Of a DNA stretch of 64,000 nt, positions 9,770-16,889 are shown in pieces. The stretch spans positions 301 through 64,300 of the forward strand of contig CAYUXZ010000006.1 of assembly GCA_964449135.1 (NCBI GenBank), given 5' to 3'. The stretch is from an uncultured Gammaproteobacteria bacterium. Lineage in GTDB: Bacteria; Pseudomonadota; Gammaproteobacteria; Xanthomonadales; Xanthomonadaceae. A program made the translations under genes and the position numbers. The notes beneath the pieces are model-generated. The model was not told the DNA's origin and searched no databases. It worked only from the letters and a program-made list of their open reading frames with translations. Each line of letters starts with the position of its first letter. Within the stretch, counting starts at the first letter, position 1.

Positions 9770-10246
9770 TCACGGCATCCAGAACGCCGCGAGTCGGGCC
9801 ACGCCCGGTTCCAGCGCGGCGTCGGCCGGCAATTGCAGCACCGCGATGCCGGCCGCGGGCATCCCGCGGAAATCGCCGGACTGGCCGGTGCTCATCAGCG
9901 CGGCCAGGTGTTCGAAGCCGGGGTTGTGTCCGACCATCAGCAGACGCGGCGCGTCGCGATGCGCGTCGGCGATCGCGACCAGGTCGCCCGGCGTGGCTTC
10001 GTAGATCGCATCCACGCGCTCGGTCTCGCCGTGGCCGATCGCGTCCTGCACAAGGTCGAGCGTCTCGCGCGCGCGCCGCGCGGTCGAGCACAGCACGCGG
10101 TCGGGAAGGTAGCCGTGCTCGCGCAACCACGCGCCAGCCGCGGCCGCTTCGGAGCGACCGCGCGCGGACAACGCGCGGTCGCGGTCGTCCTGGCCGGGGC
10201 CGGCGGATTCGGCGTGGGCGTGTCGCAGCAGGATCAGTTCGCGCAT
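9770..10246 (-). CDS. sixA: SixA-type phosphohistidine phosphatase (histidine phosphatase superfamily)
   Basis: 158 aa. LILLRHAHAE (RHG-type motif) and VGHNPG. Size and pattern are typical of SixA. Confidence 0.75.
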   Translation of the reverse strand: MRELILLRHAHAESAGPGQDDRDRALSARGRSEAAAAGAWLREHGYLPDRVLCSTARRARETLDLVQDAIGHGETERVDAIYEATPGDLVAIADAHRDAPRLLMVGHNPGFEHLAALMSTGQSGDFRGMPAAGIAVLQLPADAALEPGVARLAAFWMP

Positions 10247-10247
10247 C

Positions 10248-10880
10248 TCAGATCACCTTCTTGAGCCATTTGAACAACGGCGCCCAGTCGGCCTGGTGGC
10301 TGCGCACCTGCTCGGAATGGTAGTCGTACAGCCCTTTGCCGAGTCCTGCGAGCAGTACATAGGCCTGGGTGTCGCGCAGTTGCGCGACCAGCGGATACGG
10401 CCAGGCCTTGAGTCCATCCGCCATCTGCTGCGACGCGTTCGTCCACGGCTTCATGCGGTTCGCGATCAGGCCCACCGGCAGCTTGCCCTTGTGCACGCGC
10501 GGATGCCGCGCGAGCGAATCCAGGAACGGCACGGTCGCCTCGATATCGATGGTCGAAGGCAGGATCGGCACGAGCACCGCATCGGCGACGTCGAGGAACA
10601 TCGCGAGGTCCTCGCCCATCGCGCCGGCGCGGCCGTCCACGACCACGCGCTGCGCGTCGTCGGGCACGTGGCGCTGCCAGTCGCGGCGGGTGCCGTCCAC
10701 CGGCAGCACCGCGTTGGACATGCCCGCGCGTTTTTCGCTCCAGTGCCGCGCGGAGGATTGCTTGTCCGCATCCACGAGCACCGTGCGCTTGCCGGCGTCG
10801 GCGAAATGCGCGGCGAGGTTGGTCGCGATCGTGGTCTTGCCGACGCCGCCCTTGGAGCTGGCCACGAGGATGGTCTTCAT
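10248..10880 (-). CDS. orphan ParA/MinD-type P-loop ATPase
   Basis: 210 aa with the deviant Walker A SSKGGVGKTT and VLVDADKQ. Its stop TGA is separated from the sixA ATG by 1 nt. No parB-like gene is adjacent. Confidence 0.8.
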   Translation of the reverse strand: MKTILVASSKGGVGKTTIATNLAAHFADAGKRTVLVDADKQSSARHWSEKRAGMSNAVLPVDGTRRDWQRHVPDDAQRVVVDGRAGAMGEDLAMFLDVADAVLVPILPSTIDIEATVPFLDSLARHPRVHKGKLPVGLIANRMKPWTNASQQMADGLKAWPYPLVAQLRDTQAYVLLAGLGKGLYDYHSEQVRSHQADWAPLFKWLKKVI

Positions 10881-10962
10881 CGGATTCTCCGCCGAAGGTC
10901 GCCGCAGCTTAGCACCGTGGCTGCGGACGCGACGCTGAACGCGGAAGCTCGTCTCGTCGGAC

Positions 10963-12327
10963 TCAGTGGTTCGGGTCGGTCATCCGCGGATCGACCTGGA
11001 AACCCGCCGGCGCCTGCAAGGCAATCCCGCGCTCGTGCAGCAGGCGGGCGATCACCTGCGTTTCGCTGCCGCCGGCCATCCAGGCCGCGCGCCAGCGCTG
11101 CGCGTCGTCCGCCGACAGGCTCGGATCCATCCGCATGTATTGATCCTCGCGCCAGCGCGAATCGCGGATCGCTTGTTGTACTTGCCCAAGCTCCGCGGGA
11201 CTGGCCGTGCGCAGCAGAAGCAAGTCGCCGAACCGCTCCTCGATCAAAGTGCGCTCGCCACTGGCCAGCAACCGGCCCGTCGCGCGGCAGTCCGCCGAGC
11301 GCTCGGCGTCAATGGCCGGATCGCGCGTATGGCACGCATCCAGCAACGCTTTGTAGCCCAGCCCGCGCATCACGTCGGAGGTGAAGGCCAGCTCGCCGGC
11401 GAGCAGGATCGCCGACTGTTCCGGTGTCGTCGCTGCGTCGGACAGATACGACACATGCAGCCGGGCCGGCAGCGGCTCGAGCGCGAACGCCGCGAGCATC
11501 CCGCGCACCGCATCTCCCAGGTGCGAATCGAATCGCGGCGACGCGGCGAGTTTCGCGAGCGCGGCGCGCAGGCGCGCCGGGTCGCGCGCGTCGCGCGCGA
11601 GATCCATTTCCAGAAGCCACACCGCACCGTTGTCGCCGTCGAGTTGCTTGATTCGATCCAGTGCAATGCTCGCATTGCACGTCGCCGGACGCGCCGGACA
11701 CTCGCCGGTGGCGAGCCACCAGGCCCATGCGTCGTTCGCGCGCAACGCTCGCGCGAATGCGGCATCCGCATGATCCAGCCAGGCTTGCTCGACGGCCATC
11801 GGCTGCAGCGAAGCATCGCTCGGATGCATCCGCAACGCGAAACCCCGTCCCGCCGTCCAGTACAACTCGGCCGCGATCACGTCCGCGTGCGCGCCGCCGC
11901 GTCGCTCGACCAGCGCAGCGAGCGCCGCTTCGTGCGCGCGCAACGCGCGCTCGTCCCGCGCCTGCTGGTATTGCTTCCACCAGTCATGCGCGGCCATTGC
12001 GTAATCGCCAAGCTGCACGCGAAAAATCAGCAGGCCCGCGAATGCGGCCAGCAGGACGACGAGCCGCGTGCGTTTCATGGTCGTATCTCCGGTGAAGAAC
12101 TCCGCGTGTTCGCGCGCGGCGCTCGCGGCGAGGTCGGGAACGAGGTCGGCGAACAGCACGCGCCAGGGCCCGCGCCCGGCGCGCGCCGCTTCACGGCAAC
12201 GATCGCGGAACGCGAGTCGCATTTCCTCGCCCCAGGCCTCGCGGTGTGCGCGCGGATACAGCCACAGCGCGCCGGCGTACAGCCGGCACAGCACGCCGAT
12301 CCAGCGCGGATCGCGATGTGTGTTCAT
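10963..12327 (-). CDS. PadR-coupled single-pass membrane protein, unknown function
   Basis: The ATG at 12327 overlaps the padR stop (ATGA). The N-terminus LYPRAHREAWGEEMRLAFRDR resembles the cytoplasmic prefix seen in genes downstream of padR. One TM (LVVLLAAFAGLLIF) is followed by a ~370-aa helical, 4-Cys extracytoplasmic domain. The track ORF 10963..13065 is a read-through artefact. Confidence 0.6.
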   Translation of the reverse strand: MNTHRDPRWIGVLCRLYAGALWLYPRAHREAWGEEMRLAFRDRCREAARAGRGPWRVLFADLVPDLAASAAREHAEFFTGDTTMKRTRLVVLLAAFAGLLIFRVQLGDYAMAAHDWWKQYQQARDERALRAHEAALAALVERRGGAHADVIAAELYWTAGRGFALRMHPSDASLQPMAVEQAWLDHADAAFARALRANDAWAWWLATGECPARPATCNASIALDRIKQLDGDNGAVWLLEMDLARDARDPARLRAALAKLAASPRFDSHLGDAVRGMLAAFALEPLPARLHVSYLSDAATTPEQSAILLAGELAFTSDVMRGLGYKALLDACHTRDPAIDAERSADCRATGRLLASGERTLIEERFGDLLLLRTASPAELGQVQQAIRDSRWREDQYMRMDPSLSADDAQRWRAAWMAGGSETQVIARLLHERGIALQAPAGFQVDPRMTDPNH

Positions 12328-12683
12328 GCGGTTGCCGCGCAAGCGACGCGCGCATGCTTCGACGCGTAGCGCACCAGCCGCGACAGCCGCGCGGTCTCGA
12401 TGCGGACGGCCTCGCGTCCGGAACGCGTGAGCCGGTAGTAGCGCCGCCGTTCGTCGTCGTCGGCCGTCGCGCGCGCCGGCGTTTCCTCGACCAGGCGCAA
12501 TTCCAGCAGGCGCTTGAGCGTGCCGTAGAGCGTGCCTGGCCCCATCCGCACCGCGCCGTCGCTGAGCGCTTCCACCGCCTGCATGATCGCGTAGCCGTGG
12601 CGCTCGCCTTCCAGCAGCGAGAGCAGGATGTGGTGCATCGCCGGGGTCGGCGGCGCGGGCGGCTCGATGGTTTTCGTGGCCAT
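12324..12683 (-). CDS. padR: PadR-family transcriptional regulator
   Basis: 119 aa. ILLSLLEGERHGYAIMQAVEALSDGAVRMGPGTLYGTLKRLLELRLVEE is the PadR winged-helix signature. Confidence 0.9.
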   Translation of the reverse strand: MATKTIEPPAPPTPAMHHILLSLLEGERHGYAIMQAVEALSDGAVRMGPGTLYGTLKRLLELRLVEETPARATADDDERRRYYRLTRSGREAVRIETARLSRLVRYASKHARVACAATA

Positions 12684-12709
12684 GTCGGATCCGGTGCCTG
12701 GATGGCGTA

Positions 12710-12738
12710 TATATATCGTTCACGGATATATCTGTCAA
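12710..12738 (-). promoter_or_regulatory. candidate sigma-70 promoter of padR operon
   Basis: The minus strand reads TTGACA (12738-12733), a 17-nt spacer, then TATATA (12715-12710). It lies ~25 nt upstream of the padR ATG. Confidence 0.55.
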
Positions 12739-12747
12739 CGATATATA
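12719..12747 (+). promoter_or_regulatory. candidate sigma-70 promoter facing the AAA+ ATPase gene
   Basis: The plus strand reads TTCACG (12719-12724), a 17-nt spacer, then TATATA (12742-12747). This is the mirror image of the padR promoter inside the same palindrome, ~95 nt upstream of the ATG at 12842. Confidence 0.4.
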
Positions 12748-12841
12748 CGTCCGCCATCCGGTCCCGCCACGCGCCCCGCAGCCCGGATTTCCCGCCTCTG
12801 CTATCGTTCCCATCGTCCGTTGCAATCCGCCCGCCGCACCC

Positions 12842-14356
12842 ATGACCGAGCTGCAGGACCTCACCGCGCTGATCCGCGCGGGCACGCCGCTGATCGTGAT
12901 CGACACGCCCGACGAGGAGCGCGTCGTCGATCTGTTCCGCCACACCCTGCTCGACGTGTTCCGCGCGATGTATCGCTGGTCGATCACCGAGGGCCTGAGC
13001 CGCATCGACCTCGACAAGGAGGATCCGCCCGAGGGCGCGAGCGATGCGACCACGACCCTGCGCACGATCCAGCAGGCGACCCAGCGCGGCGTCTATCTGC
13101 TGCTGGATTTCACACCCTACCTCGACTACGCGGGTACGCAGCGCCAGCTGCGCGAGATCGCGCAGCGGCGCAACTGCGAGGAGCACACGCTCGCGCTGAT
13201 CGGCAGCAGGATCGAACTGCCGCCGGCGCTGGACGAGCTCGCCGTGCGTTTCGAGCTGCGCCTACCCGACGCGAACACCTTGCTGAAGATGGTGCGCGAG
13301 CTCTCGCGCGACTACGCGAAGGAGAACGGCGGCAAGGCGGTCACCTTCGACGCCGACGCGGTGCGCGCGATCGTGCGCAACCTGTGCGGGCTGTCGATGG
13401 TCGAGGCGCAGCGCATCGCGCGCCAGCTGATCTTCGAGGACGGCACGCTCGAGGCCAGCGACATCCCGCGGCTGGCCAAGCTCAAGTTCGACGTGCTCAA
13501 CAAGTCCGGGCACTTGCAGTTCGAATACGACACCGCGCAGTTCGCCGACCTCGCCGGCGCGAAGCGCCTGAAGCAATGGGTTTCGCAGCGGCGCGAGATC
13601 TTCCTCGCCGATCCGCCCGCCGACGGTGCCGCGCCGGGTCCGAACGACTACCCGCTCGATCCGCCCAAGGGCGTGCTGCTGCTCGGCGTGCAGGGCTGCG
13701 GCAAGTCGCTCGCGGCCAAGTCGATCGCCGGAGGATTCGGCGTGCCGCTGGTGCGGCTGGATTTCGGTTCTCTGTACGACAAGTTTCACGGCGAGACCGA
13801 GAAGAACCTGCGCGACGCGCTCGCTTCGGCCGAACAGGTCGCGCCCTGCGTGCTGTGGATGGACGAGATCGAGAAAGGCATCGCGGCCGGCTCGTCCGAC
13901 ACCGACGGCGGCGTCTCGCAGCGCGTGCTCGGCTACCTGCTGACCTGGATGGCCGAACGCAGCTCGCGCGTGTTCCTCGTCGCGACCGCGAACCAGGTGC
14001 AGCAACTGCCGCCCGAATTGCTGCGCAAGGGCCGCTTCGACGAAACCTTCTTCGTGGACCTGCCCGACGCGGCCGCGCGCGCGGAAGTGTTCGCGCTGCA
14101 TCTGGCCAAACGCAAGGTCGATGCGACCGGCATGGCGATGGACGCGTTGGTCGCGGCCAGCGACGGATTTTCCGGCGCGGAAATCGAACAGGCGATCATC
14201 TCGGCTCTGTTCGCCGCGCGCGCCGCGCACCGCGCGCTCACCCAGGACGACCTGCTCACTGAACTGAAGAACACGCGGCCGCTGTCGGTGCTGATGGCCG
14301 AACAGGTGCAGGGCCTGCGCGAGTGGGCGCAGGGGCGCACGGTGTCGGCGGATTAG
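12842..14356 (+). CDS. AAA+ ATPase, Ycf46-like architecture (N-terminal domain plus C-terminal classic AAA module)
   Basis: 504 aa. Walker A GVQGCGKS, Walker B VLWMDEIEK, second region of homology ATANQVQQLPPELLRKGRFDE. The ~250-aa N-terminal domain starts LIRAGTPLIVIDTPDEERV, as in Ycf46-type proteins. Confidence 0.8.
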   Translation: MTELQDLTALIRAGTPLIVIDTPDEERVVDLFRHTLLDVFRAMYRWSITEGLSRIDLDKEDPPEGASDATTTLRTIQQATQRGVYLLLDFTPYLDYAGTQRQLREIAQRRNCEEHTLALIGSRIELPPALDELAVRFELRLPDANTLLKMVRELSRDYAKENGGKAVTFDADAVRAIVRNLCGLSMVEAQRIARQLIFEDGTLEASDIPRLAKLKFDVLNKSGHLQFEYDTAQFADLAGAKRLKQWVSQRREIFLADPPADGAAPGPNDYPLDPPKGVLLLGVQGCGKSLAAKSIAGGFGVPLVRLDFGSLYDKFHGETEKNLRDALASAEQVAPCVLWMDEIEKGIAAGSSDTDGGVSQRVLGYLLTWMAERSSRVFLVATANQVQQLPPELLRKGRFDETFFVDLPDAAARAEVFALHLAKRKVDATGMAMDALVAASDGFSGAEIEQAIISALFAARAAHRALTQDDLLTELKNTRPLSVLMAEQVQGLREWAQGRTVSAD

Positions 14357-14370
14357 CGGCCGCGGCGACG

Positions 14371-15102
14371 CTACTCGCCCTGGTTCGCGCGCCCGGAAAT
14401 TTCACGCGCGAGCATCCAGCCCGTGATCGCGAGTCGGTCCTCTCCCGCCCACGGCGAGACCAGCGAAACCAGGTGCGATTGCGGCACCTTGAAGATCGAC
14501 AGCGAATTCCAGCGTGGCAGCAGGGTGTCGATCACGTTGCCATCGCAGTCGAGGAACTGCAGCTGGCCGCCCCAGTCGGCTTTCCAGCGCGGCGTGAGGT
14601 TGATCACGTAGGCGTAGCGACGGCCTTCGCCGCTGTGGCGGTCGTCGTGCGGGGTGAGGAACTGCCCGGGCCGGTAGCGCGTGGCCTGCGCGTTGACCGC
14701 GTTGATCGCTGCATCGCCGGTGAGGTAGCGCGCGAATTCGAGGAAGTCCTCGCTGTTGAGGAACTCCAGCACTGCATGCAGCGGCAGCTCCGGATCCCAA
14801 CCCTCCTTCTGCGCACGCACCAGCATGTAGCTGTCGTAGACGAACTGGAAGGAATCGCGCGCGTTGCGGTAGGCCGCGTCGAGCACGCCGCGATAGCCGG
14901 CCTCGTCGAGGGCGTCCTCGCGACCGCGCGTGCGCGAGACCGCATTGTCGCTGCGCTCGGCGAGACTCCACGGCACCTGCGTCGCGAGGCAGTCGCGCAG
15001 GATTTTCGCGGCGTCGGCCTGCAGGAAATCGCAGATCTGCACGCGCGTGCGCGCGGCGAGCTGCGCTTTCCAGTGATCGACGTCGAGGTCGTTGTTGATC
15101 AT
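14371..15102 (-). CDS. 2OG-Fe(II) oxygenase superfamily protein (prolyl-hydroxylase-like)
   Basis: 243 aa. PHDD (HxD), a distal His in VPQSHLVS and Arg in RLAITGW fit the facial triad plus 2OG-binding Arg. Confidence 0.65.
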   Translation of the reverse strand: MINNDLDVDHWKAQLAARTRVQICDFLQADAAKILRDCLATQVPWSLAERSDNAVSRTRGREDALDEAGYRGVLDAAYRNARDSFQFVYDSYMLVRAQKEGWDPELPLHAVLEFLNSEDFLEFARYLTGDAAINAVNAQATRYRPGQFLTPHDDRHSGEGRRYAYVINLTPRWKADWGGQLQFLDCDGNVIDTLLPRWNSLSIFKVPQSHLVSLVSPWAGEDRLAITGWMLAREISGRANQGE

Positions 15103-15124
15103 GAGCGGAGCGCGGCAGGCCTCA

Positions 15125-16840
15125 TCAATACCCCGCCGCCTGCCCGTCCTTGCGCGATTCGCTCGCGCCGATCCAGCCGCCGTTCGGGTTGACCATGATC
15201 GCCTGATAGCCGCCGTAAGGCCCGTCGCTGTAGCGCACGCTGTGGCCCTTGCGCATCAACGCGCGCACGGTTTCCCATGAGAAACCCGTCTCGAGATCGA
15301 CTTCCCCACCGTCTTCCATGGCCGTGTTCTGTCCGGTCGGTTCGGTCGTGCCGTCGTGCTGGATGCGCGGCGCGTCGCCGGCTTCCTGCAGGTTCATGCC
15401 GAAGTCGATCAGGTTCATCAGGATCTGCACGTGGCCCTGCGGCTGCATCGCGCCGCCCATCACGCCGAACGCGAGCCACGGCTTGCCGTCCCTCGTCACG
15501 AACGCGGGAATGATCGTGTGGAACGGCCGCTTGCCGGGCTCGAAAGAATTGGGGTGGCCGGGCTTGAGCACGAACATCTCGCCGCGGTCCTGCAGGATGA
15601 AGCCCAGGCCCGGCGGCGTCATGCCGCTGCCCATGCCGCGATAGTTCGACTGGATCAGCGAGACCATCATGCCGCTGGAGTCGGCGGTGGTCAGGTAGAT
15701 CGTGTCGCCGGCGTCGAGCTGCGGCGGGGTGCCGGGTGCGACGACTTTCGCGGCCTTGTCCATCGAGATCAGCTTGCGGCGTTCGGCCGCGTAGTCCTTG
15801 GAGACCAGCCCTTTCACCGGCGTCTTCGCAAACGCGGGGTCCGCGTAGAAACGCGCGCGATCGGCGAATGCGAGCTTCTTCGCCTCTACAAACAGGTGCA
15901 CGTGTTCGGGGCTACCGAAACCGTACTTCACAAGGTCGAAGCCTTCGAGCAGGTTGAGGATCTGCAAGGTTGCGATGCCCTGCCCATTCGGCGGCAGCTC
16001 CCAGACGTCGTAGCCGCGGTAGTTCGTGCCCACCGGTTCGACCCATTCGCCGTGGTGCGCTGCCATGTCCTCGTACGAAAGAAATCCGCCCTGCGCTTTC
16101 ATGTAGTCGCCGATCATGTGCGCGATCGGACCCTTGTAGAACGCATCGCGGCCGCCCTCGCTGATCTTCTGCAGGGTGTCGGCGAGCGTCGGACGCGTCC
16201 ACATCTCGCCGGTGCGCGGGCCGCGGCCGTCGCGGGTGAACTGCTCGGTGAAGCCCGGATACTTCGACAGGCGCGGCACCGAGGCGTTCCAGTAATAGGC
16301 GATCACCTCGCTAACCGGGAAGCCTTCGCGCGCGTAGCGGATCGTCGGCGCGAGATCGTTCTTCATCGGCAGCTTGCCGAAGCGCTCGTGCAGCGCGAAC
16401 CAGCCGTCGACGCAGCCGGGCACCGAGACCGGCAGCGGGCCGGTCGGCGGGATGTCCTTGAGTCCGCGCTTCTCGAATTCCGCGAGCGTGAGCGATTTCG
16501 GCGAACGTCCCGAGCCGTTGTAGCCGTAGAGCTTGTGCGTCTTCGGATCCCAGACGATCGCGAACAGGTCGCCGCCCATGCCTGCGCCGGTCGGCTCCAT
16601 CAGGCCGAGCGCGGCGTCGGCGGCGATCGCTGCGTCCACTGCGCTGCCGCCGTTGCGCATCGTTTCGAGCGCGATCTGCGTGGCCAGCGGCTGCGAGGTC
16701 GCGGCCATCGCGTGCGGCGCGTACACCTCCGAGCGCGTGGCGAAGGACTTGCCGGTGACGCGATCCGCGGCGGGCGTCGTTGCACCCACGATCGCGCAAG
16801 CGATGGCGATTCCCGCGAACAGGCGATGCGATGTCTTCAT
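15125..16840 (-). CDS. ggt: gamma-glutamyltransferase
   Basis: The ATG at 16840 gives 571 aa: signal-like MKTSHRLFAGIAIACAIVGA, GGSAVDAAIA, the autoprocessing DTIYLTTAD (Thr nucleophile) and GGAMQPQG. The upstream part of the track ORF overlaps the kinase gene and is discarded. Confidence 0.9.
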   Translation of the reverse strand: MKTSHRLFAGIAIACAIVGATTPAADRVTGKSFATRSEVYAPHAMAATSQPLATQIALETMRNGGSAVDAAIAADAALGLMEPTGAGMGGDLFAIVWDPKTHKLYGYNGSGRSPKSLTLAEFEKRGLKDIPPTGPLPVSVPGCVDGWFALHERFGKLPMKNDLAPTIRYAREGFPVSEVIAYYWNASVPRLSKYPGFTEQFTRDGRGPRTGEMWTRPTLADTLQKISEGGRDAFYKGPIAHMIGDYMKAQGGFLSYEDMAAHHGEWVEPVGTNYRGYDVWELPPNGQGIATLQILNLLEGFDLVKYGFGSPEHVHLFVEAKKLAFADRARFYADPAFAKTPVKGLVSKDYAAERRKLISMDKAAKVVAPGTPPQLDAGDTIYLTTADSSGMMVSLIQSNYRGMGSGMTPPGLGFILQDRGEMFVLKPGHPNSFEPGKRPFHTIIPAFVTRDGKPWLAFGVMGGAMQPQGHVQILMNLIDFGMNLQEAGDAPRIQHDGTTEPTGQNTAMEDGGEVDLETGFSWETVRALMRKGHSVRYSDGPYGGYQAIMVNPNGGWIGASESRKDGQAAGY

Positions 16841-16889
16841 GGTGATGGCTCCGGGCAGATCGCGACGATAGCGCGTCGCGCGGTCGCCG

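Larger units (their letters stand above)
12701..12758. repeat. 58-bp AT-rich near-perfect palindrome (candidate PadR operator)
   Basis: GATGGCGTATATATATCGTT-CACGGATATATCTGTC-AACGATATATACGTCCGCCATC. The outer arms GATGGCG/CGCCATC and TATATATCGTT/AACGATATATA pair. The centre is itself a near-palindrome around GATATATC. This is the most AT-rich spot of the region. Confidence 0.8.

Noticed and set aside
7412-10264. 950-aa plus-strand ORF
   Set aside because: It is antisense to the PLD and sixA genes, whose translations carry clear HKD and RHG-type motifs. The sequence is low-complexity and Arg-rich.
12328-13065. 5' extension of the 700-aa track ORF 10963..13065
   Set aside because: The extension runs through padR in another frame and across the AT-rich promoter palindrome. 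The ATGA junction at 12327 gives a sensible start for the downstream gene.
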